64,000 bases of DNA from Acidobacteriota bacterium. Its GTDB lineage: Bacteria; Acidobacteriota; UBA890; WLXD01. The translations under genes and the position numbers were made by a program. Positions within the stretch are counted from its first letter, which is position 1. Each line of letters starts with the position of its first letter. Under the pieces are notes generated by a model, which saw only the letters and a program-made list of their open reading frames with translations, was not told the origin of the DNA and made no database searches. Below are positions 28,969-38,486 of this stretch, piece after piece. The DNA lies in assembly GCA_965248695.1 (NCBI GenBank), contig CBDFKD010000002.1:5013201-5077200 (forward strand), read 5' to 3'.

Positions 28969-29619
28969 CTAATCGGATGCGATCAAGCTCATCGCGAGGC
29001 CGCCGTTCGCGTCTGCCCGCACCTGCACCTCGCGCTGGAGGATGCGGTCACCCGCAACTCCCCACGCTGTTAGCAGGTACGACTGCTTCGGGATGTCCTC
29101 GACGCGAAAGCTCCCCTGATCATTAGCGATCGCCGCATATGGGTGCGAGACCACGAGGATGAGCGCCATCATCCCCGGGTGCATGTCGCAGCTGACGCTA
29201 TAGGGGCCGTTCTGCTCGAACCGGTGCTCGATCTCGTCGTCTTGCCTCAGGTCAACGTTGATGACCACGGCCTGTGTCTGCGCCTGTGTCACGCGCACGT
29301 TGTGCTCGGTGTCGTCGCCGTTGCCGAACCGCACCTGCTGACCTCTCGCGGCGATCGCCATCCGCGGAGCGAAGGTGCGGCCGAACTGCTCGATCGCGAT
29401 CGCCGTTGCCGGTGCCTCGCGTTCCGGTGCAACCGACGCTGCCTCTGCGAGAGGCTCCAACGACACGACCGCCGGGCCGAGCCCATCGGGGAGCGTCGCG
29501 AGCAGCGTTGCCGCCGCCGCGTCGGGATCAGCCGAGCTGTCGGGCTCGGGAGCGGCCGATCGCGAGCCGCCGGGAGCACACGACACCAGCACGAGCGTGA
29601 TGACCGTCGACCCCACCAT
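28969..29619 (-). CDS. Cupredoxin (blue-copper) domain lipoprotein
   Basis: Lipobox LVSCA. Cu-ligand pattern H..C..H..M (HNV...SCDMHPGMM). Confidence 0.5.
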   Translation of the reverse strand: MVGSTVITLVLVSCAPGGSRSAAPEPDSSADPDAAAATLLATLPDGLGPAVVSLEPLAEAASVAPEREAPATAIAIEQFGRTFAPRMAIAARGQQVRFGNGDDTEHNVRVTQAQTQAVVINVDLRQDDEIEHRFEQNGPYSVSCDMHPGMMALILVVSHPYAAIANDQGSFRVEDIPKQSYLLTAWGVAGDRILQREVQVRADANGGLAMSLIASD

Positions 29620-29699
29620 CGGTCGCCGTTCCCGGGGGGCACGTCGCGAGTTCATGCCGCGAAGTCTAACGAACTGTCGGTCCTCCAGTCAGCGGGCAC

Positions 29700-29800
29700 G
29701 GCGGTGATGAAGCTACCGAGCTCCGATGCTAGTAGCCCCAATGGCGAAGATGTTGAACACCACGCAGAGTTCGTGGCGCGGCTCGCGAAGGCGGGGTAGG
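29700..29800. repeat. Repeat copy d: diverged tRNA-Glu 3'-end/trailer-like segment (tagtagccccaatggcgaagatgttgaacacc)
   Basis: Homologous to 33190-33219 and to the 3' end plus trailer of tRNA-Glu at 38487. Same orientation as both. Confidence 0.5.
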
Positions 29801-29843
29801 CGCTACTGACGTTCGCGCGACCCCAGGCGTTGCATGTTGCGGT

Positions 29844-30431
29844 TCAGCGAGCCGGTCGCAACATCGGCACGAACGGTGGTGACGTTCCCACTTGGACCTC
29901 GCCGAGCACCTCGAAGCCGTGGCGCTGATAGAGGGAGACGTTTCTCGGGTTCGTCGATTCCAGATATGCCGGCGTCTGATCATGGTCGCATTGCTGCGCG
30001 GCATACTTCATGAGCGCGCCCCCGATCCCCTTTCCCCGATACGCCGGGTCAACCCCGATGAGCGGCAGATACCAGTGCGGCTCGGCAGGGTGGTATCCAG
30101 CCAGCTGCTCGAACACTGCGTAGAGGTCGGTGCGGACCGACTCCGAGACGGTACTCTCAATGACCTCGCCCAGAGCTTCCTCATCAGGGTGCACATCGGG
30201 CGGCAGCCAGAGGGCGGTGCCGGCGCATTCCCCGGTGCAGTGGGCACTACCGTGGGCGAAGGAGCTGCCGGCAAACGCACGCGCGAACCGAGGCATGTTC
30301 GTCAGATACTGATGCGGATCCGGATAGCACCATCTCGCCACCGGATCGGCGACGAACGCCAGTACGATCGCATCGATTGCCGGACTCTCGTCGGCCTGAG
30401 TCGTCGTTCTGATCTCAGGGATCTCCATGGC
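29844..30431 (-). CDS. GNAT family N-acetyltransferase
   Basis: Acetyl-CoA-binding motif RGKGIGGALM. Conserved YLESTNPRNVSLYQRHGF tail. Confidence 0.7.
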   Translation of the reverse strand, partial: AMEIPEIRTTTQADESPAIDAIVLAFVADPVARWCYPDPHQYLTNMPRFARAFAGSSFAHGSAHCTGECAGTALWLPPDVHPDEEALGEVIESTVSESVRTDLYAVFEQLAGYHPAEPHWYLPLIGVDPAYRGKGIGGALMKYAAQQCDHDQTPAYLESTNPRNVSLYQRHGFEVLGEVQVGTSPPFVPMLRPAR

Positions 30432-30560
30432 TTCCTCCGGAGGCTGATCTGGTTCCCGTGTCCGCGATCGCGCGGATCGCGCTCCAGCTTGTCTAGTGGT
30501 CTCTCGCACTGACTGGCGCGAACAACGCAGCCGTGAAAGACCTACGAAGCAGGACGATGG

Positions 30561-30795
30561 GCGCCCAGAAGCGTATCGTCAGCGCCGGCGAGATCCAACG
30601 CCAGGTGTAGAGAGGCTATCGGGCGGCAGTTGAATTGAGGTAGTAGGCCCAATCACCCCGAGTTGGAACCGGATCTAGGAAGAGCTCCGAGGGCTGGATC
30701 GGCTACTTGCCTGATTCGGAGGGCTGAGCGCGTTACGGGGCCGTTGGCACGAGCCGCTTCACCTCCTCGAACCGGGTGGTGACGAGCGTCACGCA
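30561..30795. repeat. Composite repeat copy b: R-core, tRNA-3'-like segment, spacer and E-element copy 2
   Basis: R-core at 30569-30600. tagtaggcccaatcaccccgagttggaacc at 30641-30670. The 110-nt stretch 30680-30795 is about 75% identical to 34536-34640 and includes the FEEVKRLVPTAP-encoding core. Confidence 0.55.
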
Positions 30796-30899
30796 ATGGC
30801 TACTGGCCCGCATCTGCGCGCGGCTTTCGCACTCCTTCAGTTCCTAATACTCGAAGGACTTGCCGAGGAGTCGCGGGCCTGACTTCTACTGTCCAGGCA

Positions 30900-31010
30900 T
30901 AGACGGGCCGAGCCACACGAACCGGTACTCCCACGAGCAGCGAGAGCAGCTACGTATCTCCGACGACGGTGTGCTGGGTCCGCTTGAACCGATTCGCTTG
31001 TCTTACCGTA
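30900..31010 (-). pseudogene. Duplicated 5' fragment of the 7101..7943 methyltransferase gene, with an in-frame stop
   Basis: ~90 nt near-identical to 7860-7945. Would encode RQANRFKRTQHTVVGDT*, versus MRQANRFKRTNHAVVGDTHLL in the intact gene. It supplies the last codons of the oxidase paralogue. Confidence 0.6.
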
Positions 31011-33003
31011 TCTCGCTCGTACTGGAGGCTCTTCGCCGGGCGCGGCTTCGAACAAGCAGCTGCTCCCGCACCGCTCGATGTGCCTCGTCGATAGCCGAGT
31101 CGGTGTGTGTCGAGGCAGCGGCATCGGAGTTGGCGATGGAAATCCGACCGAATCGCCGGCTCCCGACTACGCACGGCCGATCGTCGGGTGTGAACAGCGC
31201 CCACTCGATGGGATCGTCCAGGGTGTTGTAGCTGTATGCATAGCCGTGCGGCCAGCGATTCACCGTGATCGCTTCGATGTCGCGAGCCGGGTCGAAGCCC
31301 CCACCCTCCAGCATTCGACCGAGCTGGTCGCGGATGTTGCGCTCGAATGTCTCGAAGCTCGTGGCCAACAGATTCTCTCGCCCGATGCGGTGCTGCTGCT
31401 TCTTCGGGTGTCCAGGAGCGCAGGGCGTTCTGGACATGTGCAGAATCATCGGGTCCTCGGGTGACCTGGAGGGTTGGTACTCACCGAACTGCACGGAGCG
31501 GCCAAGGCTGACCCCGCTGTGGTACATCCCCGGCGCGGTCACCCGTGAGACTCCGAGGTTCTTGAAGGCCTTCCAATCTCGGGTAAGGACGTTGGTGGAG
31601 ACGAGCGGCATCTTGACACCATACTTGAGCGCCACCTTCTGCTCGTCGGACATCTCTGGGCACAGGTGTGGGATGACCCCGTTCCAGCAGCCCATCACAC
31701 AGTGACGCGCCCGTACCTTCTCGGCCTTGCCAGCGCGTAGATAGGTAATCTCGACTTCGCGGGCCACATCGGGATCGCCCAGGTGCCGGACGGAGACGCC
31801 CATGCTGTTGAGGCGAATCCTGGCGTCGGAACCCTCGCGGTCTAGGCGGTCGTACCTGAGTCGCGACGTCATCGAGTCGTCCAGCGAGGTGCCGGGAAGC
31901 GCGTCGGGAATCATGGCGCGAACCAGCAACCGTGCCAGCGTCGCGTTGCCGTCTGGAAAGTGGATGTCCGGTCGATCGTCCCACTCGTTCTCGCGACCGT
32001 GTTGCCCGCCGCCGATGTGGGCAAGGGGGCCCACCAGGGGAAGGGTCTCGAGGTTCATCCCCTGGAAGCCGGGATAGCCCTGGGCCCATGCGTAGAGTGC
32101 CGGATGGGCGTCGATGCCAACGCAGAAGCTACCCTTCGGGCGGTCATCGAAGAACGGGATCACATCCGAGTGAACCTTGGCCAGATCGAGCAGAAAGTCC
32201 CGGTAGCTGATGCGTGCCAGGCGCTCCTTCTTGTCCGCATCCGACAGTCCGGGCATGGTGTCCGGGTTCGCATCGTCGTCGTAGAGCCGCGCGATGTCCC
32301 TCTGCGCCTCCGGAGACATCGGGGTCTTTGCGAGCCACTCGGCCCATGCACCCGATTGCCCGCCGCGTCCCATCACCAGCCGATCCTCGCCGAACACCTC
32401 CTTGCTGAAGAACGTGGCGTTGCCCAGGCCCAGCGATCCGTAGAACCTCCTACCCGCGGCGCTGGTGGCATAGGCGCTGTCGATGTCGATGCCGACCGCA
32501 GCGAGAAGCGTCCTGCAGACGGCGCTGTAGTGGCCCACAGACTCGAGGTACGACGTACCGCCGGGCAGCATCAGCGTACGGCCTCGATAGGTCATCTCGT
32601 TGCGCTTGGCATGGCCGCCAAAGTCGTCGTGATTGTCGAGGACAAGGACACGCGCACCGCGGCCAGCCGAGGTCAGGAAGAAATAGGCTGCCGAAAGCCC
32701 GCTCAGCCCCCCACCGACCACCACGCAATCGTAGCGCTCACCGGTATCGGCGGCATCGGTCCAAGAGTTGCCGTCGCGAAGCGCATGGCCGGCCTCGAAG
32801 GAACCGGGGTGGCTGCCGCGCATTCCGGTCAGGGCCGGGGGGTAGTAGTCCTGCGCGAGTGGCGCATAGGGCTTGCCCTCGCGTGCCGACGACCAGCCCG
32901 GTGCGATGAGCGCCCCCCCGATCGCAACCCCCACGCCGTTAACGAAGTCGCGCCGGGTGATATCACGGTGCATCCCTAGATCACGATCCTCACTTGTGGG
33001 CAT
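31003..33003 (-). CDS. FAD-dependent oxidoreductase, Tat-exported (paralogue 2)
   Basis: MPTSEDRDLGMHRDITRRDFV Tat signal and a GGGLSG FAD motif. Paralogue of 12429..14357. Its C-terminus is altered by fusion with the methyltransferase fragment. Confidence 0.7.
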   Translation of the reverse strand: MPTSEDRDLGMHRDITRRDFVNGVGVAIGGALIAPGWSSAREGKPYAPLAQDYYPPALTGMRGSHPGSFEAGHALRDGNSWTDAADTGERYDCVVVGGGLSGLSAAYFFLTSAGRGARVLVLDNHDDFGGHAKRNEMTYRGRTLMLPGGTSYLESVGHYSAVCRTLLAAVGIDIDSAYATSAAGRRFYGSLGLGNATFFSKEVFGEDRLVMGRGGQSGAWAEWLAKTPMSPEAQRDIARLYDDDANPDTMPGLSDADKKERLARISYRDFLLDLAKVHSDVIPFFDDRPKGSFCVGIDAHPALYAWAQGYPGFQGMNLETLPLVGPLAHIGGGQHGRENEWDDRPDIHFPDGNATLARLLVRAMIPDALPGTSLDDSMTSRLRYDRLDREGSDARIRLNSMGVSVRHLGDPDVAREVEITYLRAGKAEKVRARHCVMGCWNGVIPHLCPEMSDEQKVALKYGVKMPLVSTNVLTRDWKAFKNLGVSRVTAPGMYHSGVSLGRSVQFGEYQPSRSPEDPMILHMSRTPCAPGHPKKQQHRIGRENLLATSFETFERNIRDQLGRMLEGGGFDPARDIEAITVNRWPHGYAYSYNTLDDPIEWALFTPDDRPCVVGSRRFGRISIANSDAAASTHTDSAIDEAHRAVREQLLVRSRARRRASSTSEIR

Positions 33004-33114
33004 AGCCTAGCCGCTCCAGGTTCTCAAACGCGGGAAGCGTGCGAAACGTCGACTCGTTACCAGGCTCGACCGAAGTGCAAATCGCATCCAGACTCTGACG
33101 TCGGCGAGCAAGGG

Positions 33115-33219
33115 AAGCGTATCGTCAGAGCTTGCGAGATCCAACGGAGGGAGTAGGAAGAGGCTGCGGGCAACGGCGAAACGGAGGTGGTAGCCCCAAC
33201 GGCCAGGATGTTGAACCAC
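33115..33219. repeat. Repeat copy c: R-core plus a diverged copy of the tRNA-Glu 3' end and trailer
   Basis: aagcgtatcgtcagagcttgcgagatccaacg followed by ...caacggcgaaacggaggtggtagccccaacggccaggatgttgaacc. Compare the tRNA region ...caacggcgaaatagagggagtagccccaacgggatttgaacc. Confidence 0.6.
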
Positions 33220-33408
33220 ATATCCAGTACGTAGCGCGCCCCACCCGCTTGTCGAGGATCTCGGTCAGGATGTCGCGATAATCGATCGTGATCTCTAGAT
33301 CCCTGCACCGTCCGCATGAAAGGCTGTACCGGCCAGCGAGGCGCGTCATCTCGACCCGTCGCGGCCGTCAAGCGGAGCGGCCTGCCTGTCCATTGTAGGC
33401 TGTGTCTG

Positions 33409-33837
33409 ATGCAGATCCACCGGGAGACGCTGGAGCGCGAGACCGCGCCCGATACCGACATTCATGACCTCACCGACGAGGTGCGGGCCGTCATCGAGCG
33501 CTCGCGTGTGAAGCAAGGCCAAGTGCTCGTCTTCACGCCAGGCTCGACCGCCGGCGTCACCGTCATCGAGTACGAGAGCGGCGCCGTGGCCGATCTAAGG
33601 CGGGCGATCGACCGGCTGGCGCCCACCGGCGAGCCCTACGATCACGACGCCCGCTGGGGCGACGGCAACGGTTACTCGCACGTGCGCGCCGCGCTGCTCG
33701 GCCCCTCGATCACCGCGCCGATCGTCGACGGTAGGGCGGTTCTAGGCACCTGGCAGCAGATAATTCTGTGCGATTTTGACAACCGGCCGCGAACCCGGAA
33801 AATCGTCGTGCAGGTGATGGGCGTCGTGGTTCCGTAG
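33409..33837 (+). CDS. YjbQ/UPF0047 family protein (secondary thiamine-phosphate synthase-like)
   Basis: Conserved HTSAG-like, GNGYSHVRAALLGPS and LGTWQQI motifs. Confidence 0.6.
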   Translation: MQIHRETLERETAPDTDIHDLTDEVRAVIERSRVKQGQVLVFTPGSTAGVTVIEYESGAVADLRRAIDRLAPTGEPYDHDARWGDGNGYSHVRAALLGPSITAPIVDGRAVLGTWQQIILCDFDNRPRTRKIVVQVMGVVVP

Positions 33838-34045
33838 CCTTGCCGGCCGCTTAGTCAACCCCCTCTCTCACCACCCGCCCGCAAAGCTAAAGCTAACGAA
33901 CGAGCTGGGCGGGCGGAGGTAGTCGATTCAGCAGGGTAGGTGTAATTGCGCGGCAGTCCGTTGTTCGGGATGACGCCGGATGGCATCACCTAAGCCGCTG
34001 TGTTCCATGCCTTGTCATTGGTTGCCCGGGTAATCTCCAGGAATT

Positions 34046-34441
34046 TCAGCTTTCGGCATCGTCCGGGAGAGCGTATCCACCCGATTCGTCGTTAACTTCG
34101 TCGCCAACCAGCGGCGGGTTGAAAATAGCAATGGCGCGCACTTCGGTATCCAGGTTGTAGCGGTGACGCTCATGTTTGTCGAAAGCATAGAAGACTCCCG
34201 GCTCCAGTCTATAAACGTCCCCGGTCTCGATGATCTCGACAGTGCCGGTTCCCTCGAGAACGTAAACGGCCTCGATGTGGTTCTTGTGCTCGACCTCGAG
34301 GTCGATGCCTGCCGAGCCGACGGCCTCGGTTACGGTGAAGCCCAAGTTGTCGGACGCGACCGCCAGGCGGGCGCTCACGAAACCATCCGCTTCGACGAAA
34401 TTCGGCGTCCCCTTCAATTGTGCAAATGTACGAAGAATCAT
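34046..34441 (-). CDS. ectC: L-ectoine synthase
   Basis: 131 aa. MILRTFAQLKGT N-terminus, HKNHIEAVYVLEGTG cupin core and FNPPLVGDE. No ectA or ectB nearby. Confidence 0.75.
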   Translation of the reverse strand: MILRTFAQLKGTPNFVEADGFVSARLAVASDNLGFTVTEAVGSAGIDLEVEHKNHIEAVYVLEGTGTVEIIETGDVYRLEPGVFYAFDKHERHRYNLDTEVRAIAIFNPPLVGDEVNDESGGYALPDDAES

Positions 34442-34535
34442 CCTGAGGTTCCCTTTGCTGGTTTGATATTCGTAGCTGGCACTATCGCTGGCGAAGTCTT
34501 CCGGCAGCACGTTGATCGAGACATCACGATCGAGA

Positions 34536-34640
34536 GTGGAACTCCGGGGGCTGCATCGGCTGCTTGCATGATTCGGTGAGGCCGGCTGAGCGCGCTACTT
34601 GTCTGTCGGCGCGAGCCGGTTCAGCTCGTCGAAGAAGTTA
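34536..34640. repeat. E-element copy 3 plus extension, abutting the stop codon of the NHL gene
   Basis: Would encode DWFSRTNFFDELNRLAPTDK* in the +1 frame relative to the NHL stop TAA. The extension is homologous to 30680-30730. Confidence 0.5.
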
Positions 34641-35765
34641 GTTCGTGAGAACCAATCCTCGGCCGACGAGCTTTATGGGATCGGCTCCGGGCTTCGGAAC
34701 GAACTTGCTCAACCATCCGCCGTCCCAGCTGGCGACATAGACGTTGCCGTCCTGGTCCACGTCCATCTGGTGTGGACGCCCGAGGCCACCAGGAAAGCCG
34801 CCCCGCGTCCCGCCGAACGCACCCCAGTGGTACTGGAGGACCCCGTCCAGGTTGTACCTGAGGATCCGGTTCACTGCCGCAGAAATCACCCAGACCGCGT
34901 CATTCTCGTCGATGAAGATTCCGACGGGATCGGTGACGTCGGGCCACTCCTCGATGAACTCGCCGTCTTCCGTAAAGACTTGGATGCGGTTATTGGTCCG
35001 GTCGCCGACGTAGATGCGGTGATCGCGGTCCACGGCAACGCCGTGGATGAGGTCGAACTGTCCGGGGCCGCTCCCGACCGAGCCGAACTCCGACACGAGC
35101 TCGCCGGCCGCGTTGTACCTGGCGATACGACCGTTCTGGTAACCGTCCCCGAGCAGAAAGTCGCCGTCCGGGAGGAAGGTCATCACCGAGGCCTGGCCGA
35201 AGTCGAGCGGTCCCGGGTTCTTGTTCGCCCGTGCCTTCTCCCCGCTCTGGCGCGGGTTGGGGTCGAGGAGCCGCATCACGATCTGTTTGCCGTCGTTGGT
35301 GAACTTGATGACCTGCTCGTGGATGTCCCTGGTTCCTCCGCCGCGCTCGACGAGCCAGATGTGGCGCTCCGGGTCGTAGGGGCTGATGTAGACCTGGTGG
35401 GGAGTGTTGAGCATGGTGTCCCACTGGGTCCAACGCTCGACGATGTCCCCGTTCCCATCGACGACCACCATGTAGTTGGAGCTGTTCGGCCGCTCTTCGC
35501 CTTCGGCGTTCCGGTCGCCCCACACTGCAACGATAATCCGGTTCGGATTGTCAGCCGCCACACCAGAGACCTGACCCCAGGTCCACTCCTCGTCGTGGTC
35601 TGGCGCCGGCTTCCACCAGCCTGCCACCGGATCGTATCCTCCGGTACGGTCGTCCCCGCCCTTGATGACCGCCTCCGGTGCGGCCTGGTCCTCACCAGCG
35701 CAGGCTGGGAGTAGCGCCAGCCCAACGGCGAGGAAGAGGGCCACGTCCATGCGCTTTAGTTTCAT
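34638..35765 (-). CDS. NHL-repeat lipoprotein (paralogue of 22285..23385)
   Basis: MKLKRMDVALFLAVGLALLPACAGE signal and lipobox. VGDRTNNRIQVF NHL repeats. Confidence 0.65.
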   Translation of the reverse strand: MKLKRMDVALFLAVGLALLPACAGEDQAAPEAVIKGGDDRTGGYDPVAGWWKPAPDHDEEWTWGQVSGVAADNPNRIIVAVWGDRNAEGEERPNSSNYMVVVDGNGDIVERWTQWDTMLNTPHQVYISPYDPERHIWLVERGGGTRDIHEQVIKFTNDGKQIVMRLLDPNPRQSGEKARANKNPGPLDFGQASVMTFLPDGDFLLGDGYQNGRIARYNAAGELVSEFGSVGSGPGQFDLIHGVAVDRDHRIYVGDRTNNRIQVFTEDGEFIEEWPDVTDPVGIFIDENDAVWVISAAVNRILRYNLDGVLQYHWGAFGGTRGGFPGGLGRPHQMDVDQDGNVYVASWDGGWLSKFVPKPGADPIKLVGRGLVLTN

Positions 35766-35809
35766 CGTCAAATCCACTCCCGAAAAGGCTTTCATAGACG
35801 CCGTGGAGT

Positions 35810-36790
35810 TGACCCGCTTCCGTGGACACCTTATGGCTAACGCCAAAGGAGTCTGCGATGCGAAGAACACGACCGCCTTATCCGCCGGAGTTTCGCCGGC
35901 AGATCGTCGAGCTAGCGCGGGCAGGACGCAGCGTGCAGGAGCTCGCCGAGGAGTTCGAGCCCTCGTACTGGACGATCCGTACATGGATCAAGCAGGCGGA
36001 TCGAGATGACGGGCTTAGCGCGGCTGGCCTGAGTAGCCAGGACAAGGAAGAACTACGGCGGCTACGCCGGGAAAACCGCCAGTTGAAGACGGAGCGGGAG
36101 ATCCTGGCAAAAGCCGCGGCCTGGTTCGCTCGGGAGACCGGCGCAGTACCCAAGAAGTCTTCGGGTTCGTGAGAGCTCACCAGGCCTGCTATCCGATCGC
36201 CACGATGTGCCGAGTGCTGGAGGTCTCCACCAGCGGCTACTACGCGTGGCGACAACGCCCTAGCAGTATGCGAGCACGACAGGATGCACAGCTGCGTGAG
36301 CAGATCGAGACGATCCATCGACTTAGCCGTGCGACCTATGGCGTGCCTCGGGTACACGCGGAACTGGCCGCCGACGGCGTTCGGGTGGGGCGCAAACGCG
36401 TGGCACGGCTGATGAGCCAGGCGGGGCTGGAGGGTGTCAGCCGCCGCCGTCGGCTGCGCACGACGCGCCGCGGTACTGACGCGCAGCCGGTGCCCGATCT
36501 GGTGAAACGTGACTTCGCGGTCGGTGCACCCGATCGCCTGTGGGTTGCCGACATCACGTACGTCTCTACGTGGTCGGGGTTCTTGTACCTGGCGGTGGTG
36601 ATGGATGCCTTCAGCCGGCGGGTGGTGGGCTGGTCGATGGCCAACCACCTGCGTACCGAACTGGTGCTTGAGGCGCTCAACATGGCGATCTGGCAACGCC
36701 GACCTGAGAGCGTGATCCACCACTCTGATCAGGGCACGCAATACACCTCGATCGCCTTCGGCCACCGCTGCAAGCAGCTCGGTGTACGTC
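35810..36790 (+). mobile_element. IS3-family insertion sequence, 3'-truncated (IS#1)
   Basis: OrfA (HTH, leucine zipper) and OrfB (DDE integrase core, 209 aa, lacking its C-terminus) in a -1 overlap. The candidate IRL TGACCCGCTTCC begins near 35810. The right end is replaced by IS#2. Confidence 0.55.
35858..36172 (+). CDS. IS3-family transposase OrfA
   Basis: MRRTRPPYPPEFRRQIVELARAG...ENRQLKTEREILAKAAAWFA. Confidence 0.8.
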   Translation: MRRTRPPYPPEFRRQIVELARAGRSVQELAEEFEPSYWTIRTWIKQADRDDGLSAAGLSSQDKEELRRLRRENRQLKTEREILAKAAAWFARETGAVPKKSSGS

Positions 36791-36798
36791 TGACCTGA
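36169..36798 (+). CDS. IS3-family transposase OrfB (truncated)
   Basis: DDE domain motifs LWVADITYV and HSDQGTQYTS. It ends early where IS#2 is inserted. Confidence 0.75.
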   Translation: MRAHQACYPIATMCRVLEVSTSGYYAWRQRPSSMRARQDAQLREQIETIHRLSRATYGVPRVHAELAADGVRVGRKRVARLMSQAGLEGVSRRRRLRTTRRGTDAQPVPDLVKRDFAVGAPDRLWVADITYVSTWSGFLYLAVVMDAFSRRVVGWSMANHLRTELVLEALNMAIWQRRPESVIHHSDQGTQYTSIAFGHRCKQLGVRLT

Positions 36799-36856
36799 CC
36801 CCCGAAAACGGATCCGGATGTAATCTCACGATCTGGGTCAAGAACGGGAGGTCAGA

Positions 36857-37135
36857 ATGCCGAGTAAGAGGCACAGCGCCGAGCAGATCGTACGCAAGCT
36901 CCGGGAGGCTGAGGTGGAGCTGGCTCGAGGGGCGACGGTCAAGGATGCCTGCCGCAAGCTAGCAATCACCGAGCACACCTACTACCGGTGGCGGCGAGAG
37001 TACGGCGGACTGAAGCTCAACCAGGCCAGAAAGCTCAAGCAACTGGAGAAGGAGAATGCCCGGCTCAAGAGGCTGGTGGCGGAAAAGGAACTCGACCTGT
37101 CGATCCTGAAGGAAGTGGCGGAGGGAAACTTCTGA
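36857..37135 (+). CDS. IS3-family transposase OrfA
   Basis: MPSKRHSAEQIVRKLREAEV...ENARLKRLVAEKELDLSILKE. Confidence 0.8.
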   Translation: MPSKRHSAEQIVRKLREAEVELARGATVKDACRKLAITEHTYYRWRREYGGLKLNQARKLKQLEKENARLKRLVAEKELDLSILKEVAEGNF

Positions 37136-38016
37136 GCCCAGCTCGGCGGCGAGAGGCGGTGGCACATGTACGGGGGCGGCTGGGCGTCTCGGAGAGGCGG
37201 GCGTGTCGGGTACTGAAACAACCACGCACGACACACCGGTACGTGCCAAGAGAGCCGCAACAGGAGCAGATTTTGACGGAGCGGATCGTGGATTTAGCCC
37301 GACAGTACGGGCGCTACGGATATCGGAGGGTGACAGCGTTGCTGCGCATGGAGGGCTGGTCCGTGAACCACAAACGAGTGCAGCGTATCTGGCGGCGCGA
37401 AGGGCTGAAAGTACCGAGAAAACAGCCCAAACGAGCACGGCTGTGGCTGAGCGATGGCTCCTGCATCCGGCTGCGCCCACAGCACCGGGATCATGTCTGG
37501 GCGTATGACTTCCTGCACCACCGGACGCACGACGGTCGGGCTATGAGGCTGCTGACGATCGTCGATGAGTACACACGAGAAAGCCTGGCGATCCATGTAG
37601 CACGGAAGCTCAACTCTGAGGACGTGCTGGAGCAGCTCGGGAGGTTGTTCGTACACCGGGGCATACCTGAGCACATCCGGTCGGATAACGGACCAGAGTT
37701 CACCGCCGAGGCGGTTCGCGACTGGCTGGGCCGGTTGGGCGTGGGGACGCTGTTCATCGAGCCGGGCTCGCCGTGGGAGAACGGTTACGTGGAGAGCTTC
37801 AACGGCAAGCTACGCGACGAGCTGCTGGATGGAGAGATCTTCTACACGCTCAAGGAGGCAAAGGTTCTGATCGAGAGATGGCGTCAGCACTACAACCGCA
37901 TGCGACCGCACAGCTCGCTGAGCTATCGGCCGCCCGCACCCGAAGCGACGTTGTTGAAGCCGGCTGCGCTCCGCTTCGCCGGCCTCAACAACCTCTTGTC
38001 AGCACCGAGTTACTGA
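37132..38016 (+). CDS. IS3-family transposase OrfB (via -1 frameshift from OrfA)
   Basis: DDE motifs VWAYDFLH, IRSDNGPEFT and PWENGYVESFNGKLRDE. This frame is open from 36988. Confidence 0.75.
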   Translation: MSPARRREAVAHVRGRLGVSERRACRVLKQPRTTHRYVPREPQQEQILTERIVDLARQYGRYGYRRVTALLRMEGWSVNHKRVQRIWRREGLKVPRKQPKRARLWLSDGSCIRLRPQHRDHVWAYDFLHHRTHDGRAMRLLTIVDEYTRESLAIHVARKLNSEDVLEQLGRLFVHRGIPEHIRSDNGPEFTAEAVRDWLGRLGVGTLFIEPGSPWENGYVESFNGKLRDELLDGEIFYTLKEAKVLIERWRQHYNRMRPHSSLSYRPPAPEATLLKPAALRFAGLNNLLSAPSY

Positions 38017-38400
38017 GATAAGACATGGTACTAACCGCGGGGTCAGGTCAAGGGCGGGACGGGAGACGCGGACACGCGCACACTTCGGGAGCGACAGGGC
38101 TAGCCGGGACATTCGTTCTCTCTTGGCTTTGTGCCAGGGCTAGCCCACATCCTTGGCGGACGACCGAGGTCACCTGGTTAGCAGCTCTAGGGGCGCTTGA
38201 CCAAGAAAGCTTCGGTGCGGCGGATAGCCGCAAAGTAGCCGATCCTCAGAACACCCGTCGGAGGGCGCATAGTGTAGTTGATTGCCGGGCGGGGGATGAG
38301 CGAGCGAAGGGCGGTTTCGGCATACCCAGTGGGGTCGAGGATCTTGTCGCAGCTGTGTCGAGTTCCGGGTTCGATGGCACTGCCGGGCGGAGGTGGAAAT

Positions 38401-38486
38401 GCGCCCGAGATCCATCGCCAGCGGAGGCGAGATCCAGCCGGTGGGGCAGGGGATGCACCGGAGGACAACGGCGAAATAGAGGGAGT
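38401..38486. repeat. Repeat copy f: partial R-core plus trailer immediately 3' of tRNA-Glu
   Basis: gcgcccgagatcca / ggcgagatccagccgg, then the trailer caacggcgaaatagagggag that is shared with copy c. Confidence 0.5.

Larger units (their letters stand above)
36791..38050 (+). mobile_element. IS3-family (IS407-group-like) insertion sequence, complete (IS#2), inserted into IS#1
   Basis: IRL TGACCTGACCCCCGAAAACGG. IRR reverse complement TGACCTGACCCCGCGGTTAGTACC. OrfA 36857..37135, and OrfB in the -1 frame to 38016. Confidence 0.65.

Noticed and set aside
33876-33930. GC-rich hairpin (CCGCCCGC ... GCGGGCGG) downstream of yjbQ as an intrinsic terminator.
   Set aside because: The loop is ~25 nt and no U-tract follows. 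It is at best a weak or factor-dependent structure.
38340-38400. Possible third tRNA signalled by GGTTCGATGG on the plus strand.
   Set aside because: No acceptor, D or anticodon stems can be drawn around it. It is an isolated T-loop-like hexamer.
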